Origin: Patescibacteria group bacterium UBA661 | GTDB lineage: Bacteria; Patescibacteriota; Minisyncoccia; Phycocordibacterales; UBA918 | Direction of reading: 5' to 3' | Assembly: GCA_002299465.1 (NCBI GenBank) | Contig: DBNX01000014.1 | Location: forward strand, 19,052-83,051 | Length of the DNA: 64,000 nt | Part shown: in pieces, positions 1 through 9,454 of the stretch | Layout of the letters: every line of letters begins with the position of its first letter | Numbering within the stretch: position 1 is the stretch's first letter | Position numbers and translations under genes: made by a program | Notes under the pieces: model-generated | The model's input: the letters and a program-made list of their open reading frames with translations, nothing else | Told to the model about the DNA's origin: nothing | Databases searched by the model: none

Positions 1-1
1 G

Positions 2-169
2 GAACTTTTAGAAGAGTTAGCAAGTGAATATCAGCGCTTAGAGAAGCGCCTAAATTACGAGGAAGGAGCTGGTGGGATTTGTGTAATTACTCCTGAACCA
101 ACCCTGGTAATAGTAGATGGTAATTGTGCGGCTCTTGATCCTCGCTCACCACATATGCGGGGCCTGTAA
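2..169 (+). CDS. 3' fragment of an unidentified protein; the gene starts upstream of the window
   Basis: Frame 2 is open from the window edge to TAA at 167-169 and codes ...GICVITPEPTLVIVDGNCAALDPRSPHMRGL. No family recognised. Confidence 0.3.
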   Translation, partial: ELLEELASEYQRLEKRLNYEEGAGGICVITPEPTLVIVDGNCAALDPRSPHMRGL

Positions 170-198
170 GGATTAAGTGGTTACTTTATAATGCTTAA

Positions 199-561
199 AT
201 GACGCAAAAATCAATTCTTAGCGGCACTACTCATCGTTTACCGAGCGATATGCAAAAGGTGTTTTTGGCTGATGCGGACAGTTTAGAGGCATGGAATAGC
301 TTAACGCCACTAGCTCGTAATGAGTGGATTTGCTGGGTAACGATTGTAAAAAAAGCGGAGACTCGCCAAGAGCACTTAATCCGATTGGGTGAGGATTTAC
401 GAAAAGGGAAGCGACGACCGTGTTGTTGGCCGGGTTGCCCGCACCACAATCCCAAGGCAGGTAAGTGGCTGCCAAATAGTGCCATCAAAAGAGCGCGTCC
501 AAAATCACAGAGTCGTAACAGTCTAAAATCCACAAAAGTCACAGTGGTTAGAAAAAAATAA
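199..561 (+). CDS. YdeI/OmpD-associated (OmdA-like) family protein
   Basis: 120-aa ORF with the motif LEAWNSLTPLARNEWICWVTIVKKAETRQEHLIRL, typical of the YdeI C-terminal domain, and a basic tail. Confidence 0.5.
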   Translation: MTQKSILSGTTHRLPSDMQKVFLADADSLEAWNSLTPLARNEWICWVTIVKKAETRQEHLIRLGEDLRKGKRRPCCWPGCPHHNPKAGKWLPNSAIKRARPKSQSRNSLKSTKVTVVRKK

Positions 562-595
562 CTGCCGAAGCGTTGCTTGGTTTTAATACTTCAGA

Positions 596-2473
596 TTAAT
601 TGGTCTGGCGCATCGTCGTCTTGATGTCAAAGCGTGGATTAACTTTTTTACCGGGATTAAAAATATCATCAGGATCACAAATGTGTTCCGTTTGTTTGAA
701 TAATTCCAGAATGTGTTTACTAAACAATTTAGACAAATGTGGGGTACGGATTATACCATCATTGTGTTCGCCGCAGATGTTGCCTTTGTATTTAATAGCG
801 GTGTTATAGAATTTTTCAGCCATTTTTTCAACCAGAATAGGGGTAATTTTTTGTGTAAAATCAAGTAGTGGGTAAAAGTGAAAATGCCCATTACCGCCAT
901 GACCATGCACCGCGGCGACGACATTGAACTCTTTAAACAAACGCTTCACTTCCAGGAAAAACTTGGAAAGATTTTCCGGCGGTACGGTCATATCTTCGAG
1001 GAAAGCGGCGGGGCGGCGCCTGGGATCCTGAAACTTAGAGAGGGTAAAGCTAGCTCGGCGAACTTGCCAAAGCATCTCTTTTTCGTGTTTATTGTTAACC
1101 ACGCGCGCTCGTGTCTTGGCGGTACTGATGTCTTTGATGATAGAAGTTACCTCGTGTTCAGCCAGAGTTTCTTCGTCCAGAGTGATCAGAAAAGTAAACT
1201 CCGGAGTCTGGCGACCGTAGCGAATGTGATACGTCGCATACATAGAGAGCATTGTCTGGTAGTAGGTTGTGCCGGAGAGGCGTTGCTTGAAGAAAGTAGG
1301 ATTTTTAAGAGCTAAGTCAAAAGTCAGGGCGTCAAATAATTCAACGTTGATAGGATTGTATTTTAACGATTTGACAACCACCGCGGCGGCATCTTGCAAG
1401 TCAAATATCGGCACCACCAAAAGAGTGGTGTTGTGTTGGATGGGTAAGGCTCGCATCGTGAGTTTGGTGATTATGCCGATAGTGCCTTGACTGCCCGAGA
1501 TAAGGCGAGTTAAATCGAAAGTCCCTTTGCCACGCTTGAAAGCCACCACACCATCACTCAAAACGTGCCAGAGCGAATAACCGGCTGTATTTTTCGGAGT
1601 TTTTGGTTTGGCTTTATTTATTTCACTTTCATTTTTCTCTAGGAGAGCAAAAATCTCGCGCGCTATATTTGCGTAAGCATGTTTGTGTTTAACCAAGGCT
1701 TTGAATTCTTTGTAGGTGAGGGGTTTGATGGTGTAAGTATTGCCGTCATAAAGCACTACCGAGAGCGACTCCACCCAATCAGCACAGTGACCGTAACGTA
1801 GAGAATCCGGTCCGGCGGCATTATTAGCCACTGAACCACCAATTGTGCAAATGTCTTTTGAGGAAGTGTAGGGCGGTAAATAAGCATCATAACGTTTGAG
1901 CTTTTTCTCGACATCGCGCCACATGGCGCCTGGCTCACAGGTGAAAGTGATTTTGTCAGACTTTACCACCACTTCTCCGATGCTGTTTAAGTGAGTGCAA
2001 ACATCAATCACAATTGAATCCGTGAGTGAGCCGCCCGACAATCCAGTACCAGCCGCCCGGGTGGTAAGTGATAATGAGCTAAAACGTTTTGTCTCGCGGG
2101 CAATGACTTGCGTGGCGATTTCTACATCGGCAGCGTTCTTTGGCTGAATAACAATTTGTGGGCAGATAGAAAAAATACTTTCATCGGTGCTGTATTTTTC
2201 TAGGACTTTTTTATCAGTAGAGATGCCGCCGCGGAAACCAGCTTCGCGAAGGATTTTTTCAATGAGGAGATGACCTAGGGGGTTGCGTTTAATAATTGGT
2301 AACAGAGCAGATTTGGTGGTAGCAACCTTAGAGTGTGGTTGGTGTGTTGTGCAAGTGGCGTGGACTGGCTTAGTGGCTTTTGTGCTTTTAGGTTTAGACA
2401 CTCGCCGCGGGCGAAGGGGAGTGTTTGTGTCGTTAGTGCTGATTGAAACAACTGCAGAAGAACCATCGTTCAT
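596..2473 (-). CDS. FAD-binding oxidoreductase (FAD-linked oxidase; GlcD / D-lactate dehydrogenase-like)
   Basis: PCMH-type FAD-binding region (VIQPKNAADVEIATQVIARE...AAGTGLSGGS) and a C-terminal FAD-oxidase domain with a His-rich motif. The ORF track extends it to 2533, which would overlap the divergent helicase start, so the internal Met at 2473 (MNDGSS...) is preferred. The N-terminus carries a Thr/Lys-rich low-complexity extension. Confidence 0.65.
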   Translation of the reverse strand: MNDGSSAVVSISTNDTNTPLRPRRVSKPKSTKATKPVHATCTTHQPHSKVATTKSALLPIIKRNPLGHLLIEKILREAGFRGGISTDKKVLEKYSTDESIFSICPQIVIQPKNAADVEIATQVIARETKRFSSLSLTTRAAGTGLSGGSLTDSIVIDVCTHLNSIGEVVVKSDKITFTCEPGAMWRDVEKKLKRYDAYLPPYTSSKDICTIGGSVANNAAGPDSLRYGHCADWVESLSVVLYDGNTYTIKPLTYKEFKALVKHKHAYANIAREIFALLEKNESEINKAKPKTPKNTAGYSLWHVLSDGVVAFKRGKGTFDLTRLISGSQGTIGIITKLTMRALPIQHNTTLLVVPIFDLQDAAAVVVKSLKYNPINVELFDALTFDLALKNPTFFKQRLSGTTYYQTMLSMYATYHIRYGRQTPEFTFLITLDEETLAEHEVTSIIKDISTAKTRARVVNNKHEKEMLWQVRRASFTLSKFQDPRRRPAAFLEDMTVPPENLSKFFLEVKRLFKEFNVVAAVHGHGGNGHFHFYPLLDFTQKITPILVEKMAEKFYNTAIKYKGNICGEHNDGIIRTPHLSKLFSKHILELFKQTEHICDPDDIFNPGKKVNPRFDIKTTMRQTN

Positions 2474-2524
2474 ATTGGTATATTGTAACCTATAAACGAA
2501 AAAATATGCTACCCTTATTTCCAC

Positions 2525-4219
2525 ATGACACAAGAAACCGCTTTGGAGATTTTGAAAACGGGAGCGAATGTTTTTCTCACAGGTGAACCGGGGGCTGGTA
2601 AGACTTATGTCATCAATCAGTACATAGCGTGGCTCGAAGCGGCGGGACTTAAAGTAGCAGTTACGGCTTCAACTGGTATTGCTGCTACGCACATTGGTGG
2701 ACTCACCATTCACTCGTGGAGTGGCATCGGTGCCCGAGACACACTTACGCATTATGACCTCGATCAAATAACAACCAAAGAAAAATTAGTGAAGCGTATC
2801 AAAAAGACGCAGGTGTTGGTGATTGATGAGGTGTCGATGCTTGACGGCAAGTTACTCGATATGGTGGATGTGGTTTGTCGCACCATCCGGGAGTCAAAAG
2901 AGGCGTTTGGTGGTATGCAGGTGGTTTGTGTCGGAGATTTTTTTCAATTACCGCCAGTGGCACGAGCGGGTGAAGTGTCACGCTATGCTTTTGAGTCACG
3001 CGCGTGGGAGAATTTATCCCCCCTAACTTGCTATCTAACCGAACAGCATCGCCAAGAAGATGAGTTGCTACTCAGTCTTTTGGGGGCAATCAGACGCGGC
3101 GAGATAGAGGAGGAGCACTACACTTTACTCGGAGAACAAGTCGCCATTGCTTATGCGGACATCGAACCGACTCGTCTGTACACGCACAATGCTGATGTGG
3201 ATGCCGTTAATTTGGCTAAATTGCGCGAATTATCAGGTGCGGTCCAAAACTTCACAATGACTGGGCATGGCAATCGTGTCTATCAAGAATCCTTGACGCG
3301 TAATTGTTTGTCGCCAGCCCAATTAGCGTTGAAAGTGGAAGCGATGGTGATGTGTACAAAAAATAATTTTGAAGCTGGTTATGTCAACGGTACGCTGGCT
3401 AGGGTGGTTGGTTTTGATAATTATGACAAGTACCCGATTATTGAAACAGCTGACAAAAGACGAATCACAGTGGAGCCGGTTACTTGGGAAGTGGTTGAGC
3501 ATGGTCGGGTTTTGGCGTCGATTGAACAGGTACCATTGCGTTTGGCTTGGGCAATTACAGTGCACAAAAGCCAAGGGATGTCACTAGACGCGGCTGAGGT
3601 AGATTTGTCGCGAGCGTTTGTTTATGGGCAGGGATACGTGGCGCTGTCGCGCGTGCGTGCACTGGCTGGTCTTAAAGTGCTGGGTGTTAATCCAAACGCG
3701 CTAATGGTCGATTCAAAAATCATCAACCAAGATGTTCGCTTTCGGAGTGATTCGGAGGCAGCGGAAGAAACTTTTACAGCTTTAGACCGACAGGAATTGC
3801 TTGGTATGCACGAACGTTTTGTGAAAGCCAGTGGTGGTAAACTCCCCACGGCTACCGCCACGGCTGAGGCAGTTTCCAGAGTTGGCAAACGTTTGGAGGG
3901 AGAGAGTACCTATGAACAAACTTTGCAAGCGTTAAAACAAGCTAAGTCATTGGGTGAACTCGCTCAAATGCGTAATTTGGCAGTGACAACAATACTTGGA
4001 CATCTCGAATATTTAGCAACGGCTGATAAATTAGAAAAAGACCTAATTTTGCCACTGTTGGCGGATTTTGCTGACAATAAAAAGGCTAAAGCGGCTGTTT
4101 ACGCCGCCATTGCTACTCATGGGGCAGAAAAATTAAAACCTCTTTATGAAGCAACCGATGGTAAATATGATTATCTGTTAATACGGCTTTTGCGGGTGGC
4201 TTACCAGTTGGGGATATAA
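2525..4219 (+). CDS. PIF1/RecD-like ATP-dependent DNA helicase
   Basis: Walker A GEPGAGKT at the N-terminus, DEVSM Walker B, and the order of AAA_30 then UvrD_C-like regions (QGMSLD...VALSRV) typical of PIF1-family helicases. Confidence 0.7.
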   Translation: MTQETALEILKTGANVFLTGEPGAGKTYVINQYIAWLEAAGLKVAVTASTGIAATHIGGLTIHSWSGIGARDTLTHYDLDQITTKEKLVKRIKKTQVLVIDEVSMLDGKLLDMVDVVCRTIRESKEAFGGMQVVCVGDFFQLPPVARAGEVSRYAFESRAWENLSPLTCYLTEQHRQEDELLLSLLGAIRRGEIEEEHYTLLGEQVAIAYADIEPTRLYTHNADVDAVNLAKLRELSGAVQNFTMTGHGNRVYQESLTRNCLSPAQLALKVEAMVMCTKNNFEAGYVNGTLARVVGFDNYDKYPIIETADKRRITVEPVTWEVVEHGRVLASIEQVPLRLAWAITVHKSQGMSLDAAEVDLSRAFVYGQGYVALSRVRALAGLKVLGVNPNALMVDSKIINQDVRFRSDSEAAEETFTALDRQELLGMHERFVKASGGKLPTATATAEAVSRVGKRLEGESTYEQTLQALKQAKSLGELAQMRNLAVTTILGHLEYLATADKLEKDLILPLLADFADNKKAKAAVYAAIATHGAEKLKPLYEATDGKYDYLLIRLLRVAYQLGI

Positions 4220-4330
4220 TTCTAGGTGGGTAATTTTTGGGTGTAGACTATTAACTAGGGGGCTAGAGATAGTCTTTTTCGTAGTTTAATATTTATTGAT
4301 TCAATCAAACTAAACACCATAATTTTATTT

Positions 4331-5293
4331 ATGAACTTAAAACATTCTTTACCAGCACTTTTAATTGTCGCTACAGCTGGAGTGGTGGCTCCAGCTCCTG
4401 TTAGTGCTCAGATCTCTATTCCAAATGAGATAGTTAATGAGGCATCTAGAGCTTTACAGGCGGAAGTAAATGCGCGCATGGCTACTGCTAGGGTCATTGA
4501 AGCAGCTGAGCAGTCTCTAGAAAGGTTAGAGAGAGCAATTTCACGCACTACTTTAACAGGTAGTGCTAAAGAAAGTGCTCTTGATCAACTTACGCAAGCC
4601 CGAGGCGTCTTGGATAGGGCCAGAGCACAACAAGACGACCGCGCTTGGCGCGAAGCACAACGCTCAGCAACGGAAGCGAGGCGGATAGCGGATCGAGCGA
4701 TTACCACCTTAAGTAGAGATGAACAGCGAGCAAATAGAGACAGCGCCGCCGCGGCTAGAGCTATTCAAACCGCTGAGCGAGCAATAGAAAGATTTCAAAC
4801 AACACTAAGAGGCACAACCCTCTCGGGTGATCATTTACAAAGAGCGCAAGGGTCTCTCGCTGAAGCCCAGGATCTTCTTGCTACCGCCAGAGCCCAGCAG
4901 ACTGATCGACTCTTCCGCGAAGCACAGCGTACAGCTAGTCAGGTTAGCCGGATTGCTGATAGGGCCAGAAGCACGCTAATCAGTCAAGAAAGAAGAGTAA
5001 ATAGCGCTGGTGCTGCCACTACCAGAGCCATCCAGACTGCTGAACAATCCCTAGAAAGATTAGAAAGAGCCATCTCAGGCAGCAGAGTAGTCGGCGATCA
5101 TCTGCAAAGAGCTCAGAGCTCTCTCGCTGAAGCCAGAGATCTTCTCGCTAGAGCCAGAAGCCAACAAAGTAACCAAGCTTTTGCTGAAGCGCAGCGTACC
5201 GCCAATCAGGTCAACAGTCTAGCGCAGCGAGCAATTACGCAACTTGAACAAGCTCAACAAAGACAAAATCAATCGCCACAAGGGACCTACTAA
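4331..5293 (+). CDS. secreted alpha-helical tandem-repeat protein (hypothetical)
   Basis: Signal peptide MNLKHSLPALLIVATAGVVAPAPVSAQ, then roughly 80-aa internal repeats (AIQTAE..LERAISG...GDHLQRAQ.SLAEA.DLLA.AR.QQ....FREAQRTA.QV). Sequence is Ala/Gln/Arg-rich. Confidence 0.6.
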   Translation: MNLKHSLPALLIVATAGVVAPAPVSAQISIPNEIVNEASRALQAEVNARMATARVIEAAEQSLERLERAISRTTLTGSAKESALDQLTQARGVLDRARAQQDDRAWREAQRSATEARRIADRAITTLSRDEQRANRDSAAAARAIQTAERAIERFQTTLRGTTLSGDHLQRAQGSLAEAQDLLATARAQQTDRLFREAQRTASQVSRIADRARSTLISQERRVNSAGAATTRAIQTAEQSLERLERAISGSRVVGDHLQRAQSSLAEARDLLARARSQQSNQAFAEAQRTANQVNSLAQRAITQLEQAQQRQNQSPQGTY

Positions 5294-5312
5294 TTTTTTA
5301 GAAGCTTATTCT

Positions 5313-5348
5313 AAAAACACCCCAGCTGAATTCAGATGGGTTGTTTTT
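5313..5348 (+). terminator. imperfect hairpin with embedded T-run downstream of the 4331..5293 gene
   Basis: aaaaacacccc agctgaattcagat gggttgtttttt; the stem has one mismatch. Confidence 0.4.
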
Positions 5349-5415
5349 TGATGATAATTTATTTCTTGTAAAACACTATGCTAGAATAATAGGGTGAAGC
5401 CCACGGTGGTTTCGT

Positions 5416-6288
5416 TTGAAGTTTGTTAAAAAAGAAAATAATTCATTTATGAATCTAAAATATTCAATTACAGCACTTTTATTGGTCGCCATGGTGGGCA
5501 TGGTTTCACCAGTGACAGTAAACGCCCAACAACCAAGTCCAACCAATTTAACTGAGCTAATGGAACGACTGCAAAGTCTCATTAAACAAGTAGAAGAATT
5601 ACAAAGGCAAATGAAAGCGTTGCGAGGGGAAGCGAGACCAGAAAAAGAAGCGAAGCCAGAAAAAAGAGATAGGGAACAAAAAGATCATCCACGAGCAAAA
5701 AATGCCAGCACTACGGCCGCTGCGGCGATTGCTGACGCGGAGAGGGCAATTACTGCCTTAGAGAGAGCCATCAGTGGAGCTACAACAACAGTCAGAGTTA
5801 ACACAATAAGAAACGCTGAAGACGCTTTAGATGACGCCCGAGAAGAATTAGCGGAAGCCCGAGAAGAATTTTCCGAGCAGGAGTTTCGTGACGCACACCA
5901 AACAGCGAGAGCGGCTCAGCGAGTGGCAGAAAGAGCCACTGCTAGACTGACTGGTAGCGAACGATTGGAGAGGAGAAATTTTGACAAAGATGATGATAAG
6001 GACGACAAAGACCGTTCAGCTTTAACAAGAAACGCCAGCACGACGGCTAGTCGAGCGATTGAATCTGCTCAAAAATTAATTGAAAGATTAGAAAGAGAAG
6101 TCACTAACACAACAGTGGCTGAGGAACGCTTAGAGGATGCGGAAGAATATCTTGATGATGCTATGGAAGAATTGGCTGAAGCCAGATTAGAGTTCTCAGA
6201 GCGAGATTTTCGTGACGCAGAAATGGAGGCCAGAGAAGCCATTCGTTATGCGGAAAGAGGACTGAAAATCCTAGAACAAGCTAGTTAA
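5416..6288 (+). CDS. secreted alpha-helical repeat protein, paralog of the 4331..5293 gene (hypothetical)
   Basis: Signal peptide MNLKYSITALLLVAMVGMVSPVTVNAQ is nearly identical to the neighbour's. Two copies of the motif AI..AE.AI..LERAISG.TTTV..N.....EDALDDA.EELAEAR.EFSE.EFRDA, plus a KDDDKDDKD acidic linker. Confidence 0.6.
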   Translation: MKFVKKENNSFMNLKYSITALLLVAMVGMVSPVTVNAQQPSPTNLTELMERLQSLIKQVEELQRQMKALRGEARPEKEAKPEKRDREQKDHPRAKNASTTAAAAIADAERAITALERAISGATTTVRVNTIRNAEDALDDAREELAEAREEFSEQEFRDAHQTARAAQRVAERATARLTGSERLERRNFDKDDDKDDKDRSALTRNASTTASRAIESAQKLIERLEREVTNTTVAEERLEDAEEYLDDAMEELAEARLEFSERDFRDAEMEAREAIRYAERGLKILEQAS

Positions 6289-6304
6289 AAAACTTATCGA
6301 AACC

Positions 6305-6335
6305 AAAAACCACCCAAACAATTTGGGTGGTTTTT
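6305..6335 (+). terminator. rho-independent terminator
   Basis: Perfect hairpin aaaaaccaccc-aaacaattt-gggtggttttt followed by a T-run. Confidence 0.7.
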
Positions 6336-6453
6336 GGTTTGTAGATCGACCCCCAACAGGAGTAAAACTCTTTGGAGTAAGTCAGACGCATGTTTTTACA
6401 CAAGTCGCCACATAATATTGTTTAGTTTATAATTACAAAATTGGACTAATTGT

Positions 6454-6864
6454 ATGAACGACTACCAACAGCACAGACAAACAGCCGTCGCCTGCATAGA
6501 AAGTGAAGTTGAAAAATGGGCGACCTTGCTTGGCGTTACTTACACTAAGGTGGTCATAAAAAATCATAAGCGTCGGTGGGGGAGTTGTTCGTCTTTGGGT
6601 AATCTTAATTTTAATTACCGATTGTTGTACTTACCGGAATGTTTGCGTGATTACATCATTGTTCATGAATTGTGTCACCGCAAACAATTTAACCACAGCC
6701 ACGCTTTTTGGTTTGAGATCAGTCTGGTATTGCCAAACTATCGGGAGCGCGTGTTTGCTTTAAGACAATTAGAGCGAGCTACTAAGATGTCACCAGAATT
6801 ACTACGGCAACACCAAATAACACATAATTGTCCGCACTGCCAGCAACAAATCCAAGCTGATTAG
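6454..6864 (+). CDS. YgjP-like (DUF45) M48-family zinc metallohydrolase
   Basis: HExxH motif in context (IIVHELCHRKQFNHSHAFW), characteristic of the YgjP/UTP pyrophosphatase family. C-terminal CPHC. Confidence 0.6.
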   Translation: MNDYQQHRQTAVACIESEVEKWATLLGVTYTKVVIKNHKRRWGSCSSLGNLNFNYRLLYLPECLRDYIIVHELCHRKQFNHSHAFWFEISLVLPNYRERVFALRQLERATKMSPELLRQHQITHNCPHCQQQIQAD

Positions 6865-6916
6865 GGGTGAAAGTAGAGAGAATTTAATTTGTTATACTGT
6901 ATACTGTAGTCTCTCT

Positions 6917-8155
6917 ATGAAATATTTTTCTGCTGGCTTAAGCAAAATTGGAGCTTTATTTTTGGCGATGTTTTTGGTTGTGCCAATGACAGCGGTGTCC
7001 GAGACGGTTTCTTACGCTGGAGTAGCCGACCCACTGCCGGTGATTGTTTTTGGGCGAGATGATTGTGGTTTTTGTATTGAACAATTTGAGTTTTTGGCGG
7101 CAAATCAAATTGATTACGTCTATTACAATATTGTCGAAGATCCGACGGCTCGGGAGTTATTCAACCAGCTAACCGAAAAACACCAGCTCTCCAGAGTTAC
7201 TCCGATTACAGTGGTGGGCGAACAAGTGTTTGTTGGTTTTAACGGCGGAGAGACTACTGGTAAAAGGATTTTGACGGCTCGTCTTAGCGATGAAAATAAT
7301 ATCAGAACGATTGAAGACCACCTTGCTCTAGCGACACCAGTATCGGTACAGGCGGAGGATGCTTGTACTGATGTGGCTTGTGTGGATGTCGCCAGTAGCA
7401 ACTTTGTCTACGAACTACCTTTTTTGGGAGTGGTCGATTTGCGTTCGTTTTCTTTATTTTCGCTGTCGCTTATCTTGGGGGTGATTGATGGCTTCAATCC
7501 TTGTGCGATGTGGGTGTTGGTGACTTTCTTGGTCTTACTTTCACAAGCGGGTAGTAAGAAAAAGATGATTGTCTTAGCCGGGGTTTTTATCCTAGCTCAA
7601 GGCATAATGTACAACTTAATTCTCAACGTCTGGTACAAGACGTGGGATTTTATAGCCCTTGATGAGATTGTGACACCGCTGGTGGGCTTTCTCGCGCTTG
7701 GTGGCGGTGCGTTTTTCCTCTGGCGTTGGCATCGAAACAAAAAAACTGAGTTGGTCTGTGATATTACAAACATCGAGACTCAGTCAAAGACCATCAACAA
7801 ATTCAAACAAGTTGTTAATCAACCAATTACCATCGCGTCTTTGTTGGCTATTCTCCTCATTGCTTTTTCAGTCAACGTAATTGAATTTGCTTGTTCCATC
7901 GGTATTCCGCAGGCCTACACAAAAATCCTTGAGATGAACGCCTTGGCTTTTCTGGAGCGACAAGGGTACATTCTGGTCTTTACTCTCGGCTATATGTTTG
8001 ATGATTTTGTGGTATTTGCGTTGGCGATTTGGGGTTACTCGCGTCTGCAGGCACACGGCGGAAAATACGCCCAACTGTCTCTGCTGATCGGTGGTGTTTT
8101 GATGTTATTCCTCGGCTTGATACTTTTGTTAGACCCTAATATTTTTAAGTTTTAG
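6917..8155 (+). CDS. fusion of a glutaredoxin/thioredoxin-like domain with a CcdA/DsbD-like thiol:disulfide transmembrane protein
   Basis: Signal/TM at the N-terminus, then a Grx-like segment (VIVFGRDDCGFCIEQFEFL...ITVVGEQVF), then 6 predicted TM helices with conserved Cys in TM1 (GFNPCAMW) and a later TM (EFACSIGIP), as in the CcdA/DsbD core. Confidence 0.5.
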   Translation: MKYFSAGLSKIGALFLAMFLVVPMTAVSETVSYAGVADPLPVIVFGRDDCGFCIEQFEFLAANQIDYVYYNIVEDPTARELFNQLTEKHQLSRVTPITVVGEQVFVGFNGGETTGKRILTARLSDENNIRTIEDHLALATPVSVQAEDACTDVACVDVASSNFVYELPFLGVVDLRSFSLFSLSLILGVIDGFNPCAMWVLVTFLVLLSQAGSKKKMIVLAGVFILAQGIMYNLILNVWYKTWDFIALDEIVTPLVGFLALGGGAFFLWRWHRNKKTELVCDITNIETQSKTINKFKQVVNQPITIASLLAILLIAFSVNVIEFACSIGIPQAYTKILEMNALAFLERQGYILVFTLGYMFDDFVVFALAIWGYSRLQAHGGKYAQLSLLIGGVLMLFLGLILLLDPNIFKF

Positions 8156-8295
8156 AAATTTCTGCTAAAGGACTTTCTTTTTGTTGAAGATGTTTATTTC
8201 TTACAAAGATTGCCCCACGTCTGTCCCCAGTAAGAATGAGTTTTATTTTGTGGATGTGCTATTGTTTGTTGTAAGTATTACTTCCAAATAATGTT

Positions 8296-9381
8296 ATGTT
8301 AAGGAGATTAAGAAGATTGAGAAGAATTATTAGAATCGTAGGTACTGTTTTTTTAGTAGCAGCAGCGGTTGTCGTCTCTTCGTTTGCTCCGATAATTGCC
8401 GTACCATTACTGTGGCTTTTTGGTTCTACTCCAACATCAGCACCGCCCCCTCCTCCGGCAGCGATTGTTTGTACTCCAGTCACTCACGAAAGCGATGGCG
8501 CTGGTGGTTGTCGTCCAGTTTTAGCGCCACCAACTAATGTGAGTGTTTTACCAATAGGCTGCGGCGGTGCGGTAAGTGTTACTTGGGACCCGGTCAGCAG
8601 AGCTGAGCGCTATGAAGTCTCGATAAACGGTGGGAGTTGGGTTAGTGTTACCCCGCCCCGACGACATATTTTTTCAGACTTAACAGTCAGCTCCAACCAA
8701 ACCGTCACTGTGCGTGCACATGCTTGGGATAGCTCTACGCCAGGGCGTTCGGCACCAACGTCGGCTAGTGGTTTAAGTTCTGGTGTTTGTAACGAACTTA
8801 ATGCCGGCAACTGCTTAATCCCAGCTGGGGCCAATAACTGCAACGCCTCGGTGGTGTGGGATATGACAGGTAACCCCAGCCCGTTTCGGATTGAAAATGA
8901 AACTAACAGCAACACAATCATAGGTAACACAGCTTCAGGAACGCAAAGTGCGACCATATCGTATGGTAATAATACTATAAATGCGTTTAGTAATAACATG
9001 TTAATTAATACCGACATTTCCACAGCTACTTGCGTACCACAGCATTTCTTTCTTGACCTTACGCAAACCTGTCAACCTAACCCAATTATCACTATCACTC
9101 CCGAGCCAATTTGGGTACGTAGTGGAGACACTGCAGAAGTAAATATCAACATCAACGCCCCGTATGATCTGGAGTGTACTCTCGCAGGTGACATAGCTAA
9201 CACCCCTTTATTTACGCACACCGGATCAATAAATCCAGTAGGTGATTATTCAATCGATACAGTACCGATTAGTGCTACTCGCATCTTGTCAGTGTCTTGT
9301 AATACTCCAGCTAACGACTTGCAGCCACCAGCCAATGCGGAGACTCGTATAAATATGGTTCCAAGAATGCAGGAGATGTAG
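8296..9381 (+). CDS. membrane-anchored surface protein with Pro-rich linker and FN3-like domain (hypothetical)
   Basis: Arg-rich N-terminus with a TM helix, a PPPPP linker, a segment VSVTWDPVSRAERYEVSINGGSWVSV resembling fibronectin type III, and an Asn/Thr/Ser-rich C-terminal region with several Cys. Confidence 0.4.
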   Translation: MLRRLRRLRRIIRIVGTVFLVAAAVVVSSFAPIIAVPLLWLFGSTPTSAPPPPPAAIVCTPVTHESDGAGGCRPVLAPPTNVSVLPIGCGGAVSVTWDPVSRAERYEVSINGGSWVSVTPPRRHIFSDLTVSSNQTVTVRAHAWDSSTPGRSAPTSASGLSSGVCNELNAGNCLIPAGANNCNASVVWDMTGNPSPFRIENETNSNTIIGNTASGTQSATISYGNNTINAFSNNMLINTDISTATCVPQHFFLDLTQTCQPNPIITITPEPIWVRSGDTAEVNININAPYDLECTLAGDIANTPLFTHTGSINPVGDYSIDTVPISATRILSVSCNTPANDLQPPANAETRINMVPRMQEM

Positions 9382-9454
9382 TTTTCCTGCATTCACGCAA
9401 TTAAAAATTTATGCTGAGTGTAAACCCGCAAGCAAGGACCAGGTGCAATTAAGA

